Assembly (NCBI GenBank): GCA_951406725.2
Contig: OX597828.1
Location: 65,968,001-66,032,000, forward strand
Length of the DNA stretch: 64,000 bases
Source: Octopus vulgaris
Taxonomy: Eukaryota
Reading direction: 5' to 3'
Shown: piece after piece, positions 23,662 through 38,250 of the stretch
Position numbering within the stretch: the stretch's first letter is position 1
How the letters are laid out: the number at the start of each line of letters is the position of its first letter
Made by a program: the position numbers and the translations under genes
The notes under the pieces: model-generated
Told to the model about the DNA's origin: nothing
The model's input: only the letters and a program-made list of their open reading frames with translations
Databases searched by the model: none

Positions 23662-26600
23662 GTTAGGAACCATTTCATTATCTTCTGTTGATTGGTAATC
23701 ATCGTTATCATTTAAATGTCTGTTTTCCATGCTGGCATTGTAATGTATCTTCTTTGCATTTACACATTGTGTTTTATGAGGATGTGTTTGTAGTTTGTGC
23801 TAATTACTAAAAACAATAAGACATCCATTAGTTTTTCTCTAAGTGTTGCTGCTGGTTAGAGCTACGGATATCCATTTTCCTGGGGAAAAGGATAAGTATT
23901 GTAAATACTAGTTGTTCCTTGTATCATTGTTGAAAATGGCTGATGCCATATGGAGACCTGGCCCCATATGGGGGCCTGGCCCTCTGTTGGTTATGATGGT
24001 TATGAGTATTCCAGTTGATTCGATCGTCTGAACAGCCTGCTCGTGAGGTTAACATGCAAGTGGCTGAGTACTCCACAGACACACATATGCTTAATGTAGT
24101 TTCTTTAAGGGGAAAATGATTTATTTAAAATAAAATATTAATCTTTATATAATAATAATAATATAATAATGAAATGATTGTATACAGTGCTCAGGTGCAC
24201 CACAACTTGTCAAAAGTGCGTATAGAGTATATGCAGTAATGTACAAATGTCTGGAAAGCGATCAGTGTATGAGTCAGATACATGCTTGCGTGTGTATGGA
24301 GGGGAGAAAATCAGGTGTAGTGTTGGTGAATCTCAGGAAGCATGGAAGTTTTGAAGGATGCAGTGCTCCGACAACTAACAACTGTTGCCGGCAGTTCATT
24401 CCATATTTCAGCAACTCTTAGTGTAAAAAAAATGTTTCCGAAAGTCATGGGAGCTGTGTTGTTTTCTGACTTTGTAAACATGTCCACAGGTGTTAGACAG
24501 AAGGCGGCGAGCTGGCAGAAACGTTAGCACGCCGGGCGAAATGCTTAGCGGTATTTCGTCTGCGTTACGTTGTGAGTTCAAATTCCGCCGAGGTCGACTT
24601 TGCCTTTCATCCTTTCGGGGTCAATAAATTAAGTACCAGTTACGAACTGGGGTCGATGTAATCGACTTAATACCTATGTCTGTCCTTGTTTGTTCCCTCT
24701 GTGTTTAGCCCCTTGTGGGTAATAAGGAAATAGGTGTTAGACAGATGGAGTTTGAAAAGGTGCTCAGAGTTATTGTTAGTAAGATGGTTAATAATTTTAT
24801 GGGTGTCTGCCAAGTCAGTTGCCAGATGTCGGAGTATCAATGTATCCATGCCCAGGGAAGTAAGGTGTTCAGAGTATGGCAAATGCCTGATGGAGGGTAT
24901 TCTTTTGGTTGCACGTCACCGGAGGCTTCCAGACGATTAATATCCTGGGCAAGATAGGGGTTCCAGACTGGTGATGCAAATTCCAGGTGAGGCTGCACCA
25001 TAGCTATATAAAGCCTCAGATAGAAAGCCGGAGAGTGGCTCACAAAGGACTTGGTAAGTGATGCCAAGACACCCTCAGCCTTCTTGGCAATTTTAGCGAT
25101 GTGTTTTGTCCAACGCAAATCACTGTCAACAATAGCACCAGGTCACGTTCACAAGAAGACTTTTTGAGATTAATGTTGTGGATGGAGTAAGTAGACGCTG
25201 GGTTTTTCCTCCCAAAATGCATGGTGGTACATTTGTCCACAGCCAGCTTGAGTTGCCAGTCCATGATCCACTGCTGTATTGTGTCCAGGTCTGATTACAA
25301 TAAAGATCTATAGTGTACAGGATCTGTCCTCTTTATTTCGAGGTACAGCTTGATGCCATCTGCATATTTCAGCACTGTGGCATTCTTTAAGTTGCCATCT
25401 ATGTGTTTAACATATGCAACAAACAAAAGGGGGCCAAGAACAGATTCCTGTGGTACACCAGATGTCATCTCGTAGGGTGAAGAGTTCTGTCCTAGAACTG
25501 TGACAACCTCTTTTTGGCTGATAATGAAGGACTTCAACCAGTTATAGAGATCATCTCTTACACCATTTGCAGAGAGTTTCACCATAAGTCTTTTGTGTGG
25601 CACAGAATTAAAAGCCTTAGCAAAATCCAGGTAAACAACATCCACCCAGGAGCCGCCATCAGTGATTCGGGTAATATCCTCAAGAAACTCGATAAGTTGA
25701 TTACAGCAGCTGGAGTTAGGAATAAAACCAAATTGTGACGGCTGGATGAGGCTGTGAGACTTCCAGAAATTCCAGAGGGTTTCTTTGACACAGGATTACA
25801 TCAGTTTGGCAATGCAGCTAGTAAGACTGACGGGGTGATAGTTGACAGGTGATGTGCGGTCACCTTTTTTGAACAGAGGGATAACACTGGCAGTTTTCCA
25901 CTGCTCTGGAGTAACACCATTGTCAAGACAGAATTGAAAGAATAATGAAAGTTGGTTCAGAATAAAGTACCCACCGCGTTTGAGAAGTAGGTATGTAATA
26001 CCATCGAGACCAGGAGAGGCATAGTTACGTTTATTCTTAAGGTGGCGTTGTAGAATTGCTGGTGCAAATTTCATAGTAGTTATAGAGTCCGGTGTCAGAG
26101 GTGATGGAGATGGAACATTTTGATCTTCGACAGTAAAGATGCCTGCATAGCATCAAGCAATGATTTCTGCACATTCTTTGAGGTTGTCAGTAATCTGCCC
26201 TGTGTGGGGATTGTGAAGGGGACCAACTGGAGAGTGGGGTCTCTGCTTTGAATGTAGATACTTCCAGAACACTTTGCTGTCAGGGTTGGTTGCTATGCAC
26301 TGTTCAAATTCAAGCACTGCCTTTTTTGTCACCTGCTTGAGATGGTTGGATGATCTATTGTGCTTTTTCCTGTTGATCTCTGATTTGTGCATTTTGTATT
26401 CCTGTTCAGCATTACGGCGTTCTTTCCTGGCAAGTCGGACTGCTGCAGTCTACCAAATTGCACTATTGGGTAGTTTTTTGACCGATGCTGCACATGCCGG
26501 CCATATTGAATTCAGAATGTTCTGAAGTATGGTGTTCGCATCTCCATAGACATAAAATTCAAGCCAGTTTGGGTGTCGCAGCTTGGTATAGGAGTTGGCA

Positions 26601-29600
26601 GTTTGAAGATGGTTGTGGTTTTTGTTACAACCAATCAGAGACAAGTCAGCCATGATCATGGAATGATCAGAGTCACCTTAAGGTTCTTCAGTAGCGACAC
26701 TAATAATTGTTTCAGGAGAAGCGGTAAATAGTAGATCCAAAGTGTTGTTACCCCTTGTGGGGGAGGTAACAACTTGGGACCAATTTGAATTCAGCACTAG
26801 CTCTTGGTTATCTCACCCCCATTAAAAAATTGGGTTATCTCCCCACTAAAAAATTAAGCTTATGAGGTGAGAACAGATTGGATTAAAAAGGGTTAGATCC
26901 TTTTGATTCAGTTACTTCAACACATTGTTGGGTTTTGGCCTCCTCAATAGGCATGGTAGGATTTGTTATGAAAATGTTCAACCACTTTACAGAGTGTGTT
27001 GGGTACTTTTACATGTTATTGCTTTTATGTGGCACCTGCACAAGTGCATTTTATATGACACCATCATAAGTGCCCTTTATGTGGTACTGGCACAAGTTCA
27101 TTTTAAATATAAGAGAGTTTACGAAAAAAAGAAAAGACAAAGACAGGTGGTGTACAAAACAAACTAGTGTATTAGTATACCGCTCAGGAATAGAAAAGTC
27201 TTTTACATTTTCGAACCTACGCTCTTCTACAGAAAGGGACACAGAAAAAACAAGGAGAGAAAAAAATTTTAAATATTACTGGCACAAGGGTATTTTATAT
27301 GGCACTGGCATGAGAGCATTTTACATGATACCAGCACTACAAGACAAAGACCCCTTGGCTGGGAGGGAGAGAGTTGGGGCATGGCCATAAAGCACATACC
27401 TGTATGGATGGCCATGATTTTACTTAACTTGATGTGTTTTCTCAAGTACGGCAAATCACCAGAGATCTCAGTCCCTTGTCATCTCCTCAGTAAAGCCCAG
27501 CATCTAAAAATCCTTTCTCACTACTTCATGCCACATCTTCTTGGGTCTCCCCCTTTCACAGGTTCCCTTCACAATTAGAGATCACCAATTTATATTGTTT
27601 TAATCTTTAATTTCTTTTCTGAGATTAACACTAGCCACAAATTTATCTTGGAAGGGTATAGTTGATTGAATTAACTTTCTTTTGCAAGATCAGTGACTGA
27701 ATGTCACTTATTTATTTTTATATACTGAGGTCGACTTTGCCTTTCATCCTTTCGGGGTCGATAAATAAAGTACCAGTTTCGCACTGGGGTCGATGTAATT
27801 GACTTAATCCCTTTGTCTGTCCCCTCTATGTTTAGCCCCTTGTGGGCAATAAAGAAATCTATTTATTTATATATTGTGAACTGGGATGAATGACTGCTAT
27901 GTCTAGCAGACAGGTGTACCAGTACTGAGGAAGGGTAAAATCCTGAAACCAGCTGGATAGGTGTTGTTCACAATATAATGGACACAGATATTGTGTCGTT
28001 AACCAACTGGAAGAGGTGTCCTCCTGGGGTTAAAAAGAGTAGTAACGTTGTTCTGTACCAAACGACCACACTTTTCAGTAGAGTTACTACGTGCATCTCT
28101 TATACAGATTCTAGAACTAAGCTATTTTGCTTGTTGAAAAGTTATTAGCATTATGACATCTTTTTTTCTTTTTTTTTTTTTTGAAGTAAGGTAAGGGAAT
28201 TTTTTTAGGAATTATAACCGTGTTTTGTGGTCTGCTACCACAACAGCTCCTTTATAGGATCCAGTTAGCTCAAGACATCATCAGGAGGAACCATGTCTGG
28301 TTTCGCCCCCTACTCCTCTACCGTTTTGACGTGGCGGGACCCCCACCTTTTGGAGGTGTCTTCAGCTCTGGTGTTGGGTGCATGCCTTTCTTCTTTCTTC
28401 TATTCCCTGGCCTCTTTGATGTATCGTCAGCGACTGTCAGCCAGTGACTGACTGGCTTGTCAAATTTTTCCCTTTAAATACCTGCCGCTAGGCTCTAGCA
28501 GGCAGCCCCAGCAAATTGTCTCTGGAATTTAATTTAAATTGATTAGGAATTAAATGGAAATGTGGAGAAGAGTGAGTCTGATCTTTGGTTAATATAGAAA
28601 CAACTCTATACATTTTGGTTTTATTAGACTTTCTCAGTGAAATATAGTTACATATGCACTTACTAGATAAGACGGAAAAAAGAGATAAGAAAACATGAGT
28701 TTTCTTGTAAAGATTATTTATTCTTCTAAAAATTATTTATAGGTATAGGAGTGTCTGTGTGGTAAGTAGCTTGCTTACCAACCACATGGTTCTGGGTTCA
28801 GTCCCACTGCGTGGCACCTTGGGCAAGTGTCTTCTACTATGGCCTCGGGCTGACCAAAGCCTTGTGAGTGGATTTGGTAGGCGGAAACTGAAAGAAGCCC
28901 GTCGTATATATGTGTGTTTGTCCCCCCACCATCGCTTGACAACCGATGCTGGTGTGTTTATGTCCCCATAACTTAGCGGTTCGGCAAAAGAGATTGATAG
29001 AATAAGTACAAGGCTTACAAAGAATAAGTCCTGGGGTCGATTTGCTCAACTAAAGGCGGTGCTCCAGCATGGCCACAGTCAAATGACTGAAACAAGTAAA
29101 AGAGTAAAGAGTTAAAAGTATTCATTGGTAAGGCAATTTAAAATAATGATATTGAAAAGTTTACATGTAGGATAACATACTTAATATGGTCTTATAATTA
29201 GTATTGAATATTTTGTAATGTTTTTATTCTGATTACTTCTTCAGGGAAAGGTGATAAAGTGCAGTGTTTCCATTGTTCGTTGATTGCTGGCAGATGGGAC
29301 CCTAATGATGACGTGAATATCGAACATTGTCGACTGAGCAAAGATTGTGTTTTTATGAAGTTACTTATGGGACCTGACTATGTTCAAGTAAGTATTGTAG
29401 AACATCTCTATATACAGTTGCGGCCAAAATGTTCAGAACGGCATTGTTTTTGTCAGAAAAGTAGGTATAAGTTTTTATCAAAGTTGTTTTAGTTTCTATA
29501 ATTTTCACACACAATAAATACGATATTAATTGTTATTGTCTGAGATTTTGGTGTAATTTGAGAGGATAATACAAAAGTTATGGATGATTTAGTGATTCAG

Positions 29601-32600
29601 TGCAAAACCCATGGCGGCCAAAATGATCAGAACGGTTGCTTTTACTCCGTGTTTTAGTATATTTAACCGGTGAACTCTAATGTTTTGAATTTGTTTACCT
29701 GACAGTTAGTTTACTAAACATTAGTAAGAATATCTGCAGTGTACTTTGTTAATATAATGCCACTTACTCCGTTACCAATTCGTCAGCAGATTATTAAGCT
29801 TCGAAAGAAGGATAATTTAAGTATTGGGTCTATTGCAAAGATTGTTAACAAGTGAAAAAGTGTTGTTCACGGTATTCTTAAGGTCTACGATGATTGTGGT
29901 TCGTGTGAAGAAAGAAAGTCTACAGGTAGGCCAAGAAAAACAACCTAGAGAGAAGATCGTGCTATGGTAAAGTTGGTTAAAAAGGACAGATTTAAAACTG
30001 CTGCTGCTGTTTCTCGGGAAATGAGCATTGTACTGAAGAAAACTTTATCTCGAAAAACTGTGTCTCATCGTTTAGTTGAACATGACCTACAAGAAAGAGC
30101 ACCTGCAGTGAAGCCACTGATCATCTCCAAGAATAAAAAGTGTTGTCTTACCTTTGCAACCGAACATGTGTTGTGGTCTCAAGAAAAATGGCAAACGGTG
30201 CATTTCCGTGATGAATCTAAGTTTATGTTATTTGGCTCAGATGGGAAAAGGTACATTCTTTGAAAAGTAGGTGAAAAATTGTTGCCTAAATGCCTTAAGA
30301 CTAGTGTTAAATTCGGTAGACGAAGTGTCATGGTTTGGGGGATGATATCTGGAGATGGTGTGGGCCCTTTGGTGCGATTACATGGAAAGGTAAATGCAGG
30401 AGTTTATAAACAACTTGTAAAAGATCATGTCTTTCCTGTGCTGAGAAATTCAACTAAGCGACCACCCATATTCATGCAGGACAATGCCCCATGTCACAAG
30501 GCTAAGGTGGTCATGAACTTCCTTAAGGCTGAAAAGGTTATTGTTATGGATTGGCCTGCTCAAAGCCCAGATCTCAATCCTATTGAAAATGTATGGAATA
30601 TTCTAGGAGAACGTTCGAAAGCCAAAAATCCTAAAACAACTGAGCAATTATGGAATGCCCTTCAGGAAGAATGGAATAAGATCACCCAGCAAGAAATTGA
30701 AAATTTAATTTCCTCATGCAGTCAAAGATGTCAGAGTGTGATTGAAGCTAAAGGGATTCACACTAAATATTAAATAATTCCAGTATTCTCTGTCATTTTT
30801 GATTATTTTGTTATTTTTTTCAACTGTTCTGATCATTTTGGCCGCCATGGGTTTTGCAGTAAATCACTAAATCATCCATAACTTTTGTATTATTTTCTCA
30901 AATTACACCAAAATCTCAGACAATAATAATTGATATCGTATTTATTGTGTGTGAAAATTATAGAATATAAAACAACTTTGATAAAAACGTATATCTACTT
31001 TTCTGACGAAAACAATGCCGTTCTGAACATTTTGACCACAACTGTATATGCATTTCAGGATTTTAGTCACAAAAGTACTTTTAGTACTAGTGAAGTTTTA
31101 ATAACATTTCAATTGTAAATACTGAAAGAAATATTACCCTGCAGGTAGTTTTTCTCTTGGTTTATGTAAAATATATTTATTATTTTATCATTTTGTGTGT
31201 ATATATATATATATATAGGGTTTCATTGTTCAGTTTGTCCTTCCTTAATTTAAGATGGTAAAATGTGATTTTAGGCAAATTTGGTAGCTATTTCTAGCAA
31301 GTTGAAAAACTACACAGAGGCCTTCCTTTGTTGGCTTGGAGTAACATGAGTTTTGTTTTTTAACCTCAGATCAGCTGTGATTGAGCAAACCTATGATAAA
31401 GCACTTTCCAGTTTTTGTCCAGTTTATTATAATTTCTAATAAATAGTTTATTTTTCATTTATCAGTAATTCAAGTTAAACTTCTTAAATTAGTAGCAATT
31501 TCATTAAGTTTTCAGAGGACAAAATCTACAACAAATAAACAGGTCGGATATGACCAATTTAAATGCTAAATGGCTAAAAGCAAGAATACTTGTAACATTT
31601 ACGTATTACATATTAAATATAGTAAAAAAATAAAATCAAACTTTAGTATTTTGAAACCGTTACCCAAGTCCAGATCATCCTTTAAAAGTTTAAAACATGG
31701 TTATTTTATTTGTCAACAATTTCTTGATAATTTAATATTTCTTGATGCATAAGGTACCAAGCTGGCAGTATTGTTAGTGTACCAGGCAAACTGTGTAGCA
31801 GCATTTCATTTGTCTTTACATTCTGAGTTCAAATTTTGCTGAAGTCAATTTCGCCTTTCATCCTTTTGGGGTTGATAAAATAAGTATCAGTTGAGCACAG
31901 GGGTCAAAGTAATTGACTTACCCTCCTCCCCTGAAGTTGCTTGCTTTGTGCCGAAATGTGAAACTAATATTTCTTCTTCATCATCATCATTGTTTAACGT
32001 CCGCTTTCCATGCTAGCATGGGTTGGACAGTTCGACCGGGGTCTGGGAAGCCAGGAGGCTACACCAGGCACCAGTCTGATCTGGCAATGTTTCTACAGCT
32101 GGATGCCCTTCCTAACGCTAACCACTCCGTGAGTGTAGTGGGTGCTTTTTACATGCCACTGGCACTGGTGCCAGGGGAGGCTGGCAACGGCCACAATCGG
32201 TTGGTGCTTTTTACGTGCCACCGGCACGGAGGCCAGTCGAGGTGGCAATGGCAATGGCCACGTTCGGATGGTGCTTTTACGTGCCACTGGCCAGTTAAAT
32301 AGTTTCACAGTTGTTTTAAGCTTTCATTGTATACTTCACAGTAGATAAACATTAAAGCAATCAACCCCTGCATTAAGGATTCAGTTAGTGGATTCCGCAG
32401 AATGAAGCAGTAACAAAAACAACTTCACTTTACATTTTTTCAAATCAGTGTGAAAATAATGAAGGCTCATAAATTCAACTCTAGGTTTATGCGTGATATG
32501 ACCAGATCTCAGAATCTTAAAAGGATGTACAATTGAAAATCATCATCATCGTTTAACGTCTGCTTTCCATGCTAGCATGGGTTGGACGATTTTGACTGAG

Positions 32601-35600
32601 GGCTGGTGAACCAGATGGCTGCACCAAGCTCCAGTCTTGATTTGGCAGAATTTCTACAGCTGGATGCCCTTCCTAATACCAACCACTCCGAGAGTGTAGT
32701 GGGTGCTTTTTACGTGCCACCGGCACGGGGGCCAGTCAGGCGGTACTGGCAACGACCTCGCTCGAATCCTTTTATACATGCCACCAGCACAAGTGCCAGA
32801 AGGCGCATTTTAAAGTATTGGTTTCAAAATTTGGCACAAGGCCAGCAAGATTGCAAGAGGGAGTAAATCAATTACGTCACCCCTAGTGCTCAACTGGTAC
32901 TTATTTTATCAACCGTGATAGGATGAAAGGTAAAGTTGAACTCAGAATGTTATGACAGATGAAATGCTGTTAAGGATTTTGTGAAGATCATTTAAAAAAT
33001 ATTAGAAAAATGTCAAATATGAGTAGTTGTCCTAGCTCTTAAGAGCTAAATAAATATATAAAAAATACCTACTTTAGTCCATAAGCTGTATATTTTCTCA
33101 ACTTTATTGTCATTTTGAAATATTTTCAATAAAAATTTCATGATAGCAGGTTTTTTTAAAGCTTTTAATAGGTAAGGGCTATAAATTGGGGTATGTTCTT
33201 TGATCAGCAGTGAGTGGGGGTGGTCTAAAAAGAAATGAAACAAAAGTACTACTCCTCAGATTATTTTCTAACTGGTGTTAAATGAAAATTCATAAAATCT
33301 GCTTTTAGGACCACCATGTAGTTTATATATGAAGCCATATTTTTAAAATCTAATATGGGTGTGAAACTGAAAAAGGGTGTTAAAAATCTATTCAGAAATG
33401 GTAAATTTTAACTGTGAACTTGATTTTACTAAGCTGGTTATAGTTTCTTATAATTATGATAAAAGAAAGTTTGCAATTTAAACTAGATTGAAGTGAAAAA
33501 GTGCATGTAAAATTTCAGCAATACTTTACAATAAAGTAAAGGAGATTGTAAAAATACAACTCAAATTGCTTCTTGTTGGCATCAGATGAAAGCTTATAAG
33601 CTTCACTTTTAGGATCATGTATGATGTATATGTGATGCAACAAGATTTTGAGATCTAATTTAAATGTAAAGTTTTAAAATATTAGCAAAATCTGTTTACA
33701 CTATTTTTTATAATGTCTGAACATTTGGCATGTGAAATTGCTGAATATATATTTTTCTTAACAGGTTTTAGTTTCTCTGGATTTTAAAGCCTTAAAAATT
33801 GAAATTGGCTGAAATTCTAATCTTAAAATATTTAATCTATACATTTTTCAAAACATATTTTGCTAACATTTTAATGTAGATTGCAATTTTACTTGAATTT
33901 TGTTGTGTTATAGGAGAGTCATTACACCAATATCAATAACACACACACACACACACTGGTTCAATTCACTAACGAAGAACCTTGTAAATGGTTACTTGAA
34001 AAAATAACCAAATTTTTCTCAAATCCCGTCCTGCTATCTTAAAGAGGAGCAAGGACACACTTCACTGCAGGTTCTTTGATGCACTGTTAGGAAAAAAAAA
34101 GAAACAGGATTATAACAGTTGTAATGCCTTTAATCCTAAGTCTACTGGATCATTCCTAATCTAGTGCTAAATAATATCAACACTACAATGCTATATTATG
34201 TTATATTACAGCACTTGCATTAATAATTGGCTTTCAAATTGGTTTTGTATATTTGCACATAACTTCTAAAATATAGGAATGCATCTATAAATCTCTGTTC
34301 TAGATTCCTTTAAACAACTTTCATCAGTTTATTTTCAGAAATGTCAACCAGGCACAACAGGTAAGTCACTGCTGAATATATTTATCAATTGAGATTAAGA
34401 ATCATCATCATCATCATCATCATCCAGTGTTTTAAATCTGGGTTTTGTCTCCATTAGCAGGGGTGGCTAGATCTACCTCAATGCCATAGTAACTGCCCCC
34501 ACACCATCTCACCATCTCGCCTGGTTTCGGGTGTCCTCTCTTTTCAAACCAACCCTCCCAGTCTCCTCCTCTACCTGTCCACTTCACCTTTTCGTCAGTC
34601 TACCTCGCTTTCGTGCTCCATTTACCTCAAATGCAGTCACCCTCTTCAGAACATGCTCTTCATTCCTCCTCAACACATGCCCATATGCCCACCTCACTCC
34701 ATTTGCCCTTACCAACCATTCCACTGATTCCTCCAACCCCAGCATTCCCATCAAATCCGCAGTCCTCCTCTCATCAAACAAGAATCCAGTATATTATTGT
34801 ACAATAGGCTACGTCAGTACATTGACTAAAGTTGTAGAGTGCAGACAGATCAGCTCACAATATTTATGTAAATCTCTCTGTTCTGAGATCAAATCCTACT
34901 AAGATCACTTTTGCTTTTCAGCTCTCCAAGGCTGATAAAATAAGCTCATCCAATGTACAGGATTCTTTTTAATTGATTGTATCCCTCTCTTGAATGAATG
35001 GCTTATGTGCCCAATGTTAGAAATCATTATATATTTTGCTGCTGATTGAAGAATGTATACTGGATTGTCATCATCACCATTGCTTTCATGGTTTTCACCA
35101 TCATTACTATTATTATTGGTAAAACAAATAAGTGGTAAGTGTAGAACATTGCAGTTAATGAACAAACTAAGCCTCCCCTGGCATGTAAAAAGCACCCACT
35201 ACACTCACAGAGTGGTTGGCGTTAGGAAGGGCATCTGCCTGTAGAAGCACTGCCAAATCAGACCCCAGTCGAACCGTCCAACCCATGCTAGCATGGAAAG
35301 CGGACGTTAAACGATGATGATGATGATAATGATGTGTAATGAGAACTGAGTGGATAAGTGCAATGTGGAATCATTTGCATATGAGCTGTAAAACATTTTA
35401 TTAGGAATTTTTTAACTCTGCTAGATTATTAGTATGATGAAATTTACCAAGGAGGACATAAAAATTTTCACAAACTCAAGAGGGAAAAACAGACTAGAGT
35501 CATGTTTTTTCAACAGATGATATTTGTAGGATAATTTTTTTGATTTTGGTAAGGATGAATGTAATAAGAGATAGGTTATGTGTTTATAATTAGTTTAGTT

Positions 35601-36502
35601 CATATTCTGTTGATTTAGTATAATTGACTATGGTGGGCTGGTAGAAAACATGAAAAGAAAGTCCAGTTGAGTGGAAAAGCAAACTTTAGAAGTTACATAA
35701 TAATGTTTGTGTGTCTTAATGTTCATGTATTTAGGTCAGATTTGAGAAGGTATATGTCTTACTGAGTCCCAGTTGTGCAAGTACAGACATGATTCTTATA
35801 CATATGTATATGAGAGGGAGAGTAAGAGGTGAGTGTGTGAGAGAATTGTCCTTTCTGCTGAGAGCAACTTCACTTGGTAAGGAGCTAGCTGAACCAGCAG
35901 CAAAACTCTTAATGAAGGTGAGAAATCCAGGCTATTTATTATGGCCAAAAGGACTGGAAAAACTGTACAAATATGTGAAAGGTAGCTATGCTCATTGACT
36001 GAGAAATGATAGCCTCCATACATTCATATTTGTGTTGATTGGATTCTTTGATTACACCGTGTAGCATGATTTTTGTCCAGTTATTTCCTATTTACTTATC
36101 CCTGGAAAGTATGAACAATAGCTAATATATCCTTCAAACTTTGCTTTTGTTATTTCTATTCAAACCTCAAAGAATCCCTCTCAACACATGGCTATGATGC
36201 TCCTCCACTATTTCTGCACTAAGGGACTTGCTCAAGTGGTTAAGGTCAATAAACTGACAAGCAAATCTAATGGTACTGAGCAGAATATTTTGCTATAATG
36301 GTATTTCTGCTTCAGCAACTCTGTGCTGAATCTGTCTGAAATGTAATGGAAAATAAGTCAGTTTCAAAACATTGATGTCCAGGTTACAACAACAAAGTTT
36401 AAAAGGGAATGATAGTCATTTCCTTTGATTTCTAGATAGAAGCAAATAGGAAATAACACTTACTGATTAGAGACAAAATCAATAAATAAAAATTTTTTAA
36501 TG

Positions 36503-36535
<33 letters not shown>

Positions 36536-37599
36536 TTGTATACAGTGCTCAGGTGTACCACAACAATTTTGTTACATGATATTCGTGGAAATTCAGTACT
36601 AATGATTGATGAAAATAAAAAAGATTTTCTTATTTATCAAGTTGTACAATAGCTTAACAATCACCGAAAATTTGGAACTGGTATCAAAGCCTATCAACAC
36701 TATACGTGACTATAAACATATACATTATGGAATGACAGGCTGTCCACTACAAGTTTATTACTTTCTGGGTGACTGTATTGTTGATTGTACTACAATGTAC
36801 TATCCTGTTTATTTGTCTCAAATTAGATAATCTTCAAGGTAATCTGTCACTTACTTAGTGATAGCAGGATAGGTTATTTTATTTAATGTTGAACATAATG
36901 AGGTGAAATGACACAAAGTTTGTAGTATAAGCAGTAATATTTTTACTTAGAAATCTGTAAAGCTCAAAGTTCAAGTGCCACCGGTGAGACCTGTTACTAT
37001 TTCCTGTCTCAAAATAATACAGATAGTATCTGATATTAGATGGAATTTTCTTCAGCAAACATTTAGTGGCCTACTGTTAAAAATAGGAGATTGGACTTCT
37101 TTGAAGACACTTCTTGTGACTAACTGCAAGATACTACTAGAAATAATAGTCATAAAGATTTCTAGTATTGACACAAAAGCTACAATTTGGGGGTAAGGTG
37201 TTGCCCAACTAGGTGTTTTGCATGAAGAAATTCTTTTTCCATTATTTTCTTGTTCTTTGTTGTTGTTGTTGCTTTGATTGGCTTTTGTGGTGGTGGTCGT
37301 GGTAGTGGTGCTGCTGTTTTCCTCTGTTTCCCTTCTTTATGCTTTTGTTGGTATTGTTGTTGTTGTTCTTGCCCTCCCTCTCAACCACATTAACTATTTT
37401 GATTTTAAAACTCAAAATTTTCCCTTGAAGAGCAATTTCTCGCCAGCCCCCAGCTAACCCCCTCTTGCAGTGAGCTGGATTATATCATCAAAAGTTCAAT
37501 AAAATTTAGAAATCCTAACAATGAAACAACAGATTTTAAGCAAAACTTACAGAGCTCTGAACATGTGGCCACCAGGTCCAGACACAAAGAATAATAATG

Positions 37600-37631
<32 letters not shown>

Positions 37632-38218
37632 TCTGCCCTAGGTGTACGGAAAACACTTGGCGAGAAACGGAAGAAAATTTTAAGAAAGAAGGAATAATAA
37701 TAATGATAATAATAATAATAATAACATGTACATTGTTTTGTCTTGGTATAAAAGATGGGCTACAGTAAATATTCTGCTCAATACCACAGATTTGCTTGTC
37801 AGTTGTTTGACCGTAACCAGTTGAGCATGTCCCTTAGTGGCTGACGATATGTGCATCTCTGATCATGAGCAGAAGTAGTGGGGGAGCATCATAGCCATGT
37901 GTTGAGAGGGATTCTTTGGGGTTTGAATAGTTCACCTCTGGAAACATGGGTGGTTCTTTCAACATCCTTAAACAACCCTTATTCAGGGACCGTTTGAGCG
38001 GGATGGGCTACTCAACCTGAAGAAAATTCTAACTGGGCCCCACCTGCAAGGTCATGTGCTGTTTATCTTGATATGAGATCACCATGTCACGCACATATGG
38101 TTGTGATGCATGTGCCTGGTGTACCTTTATCAGACGGGTAGTCATGATGGGTATATTGGGCTTCGTATATTTTACCCCAGTGTCACTTTGATGGCATGAA
38201 CTGCTCTCTCACTCAATG

Positions 38219-38250
<32 letters not shown>

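Noticed and set aside
24502-24590. tRNA gene
   Set aside because: tRNA-derived SINE head; no complete cloverleaf, and it continues into the SINE body with a TSD
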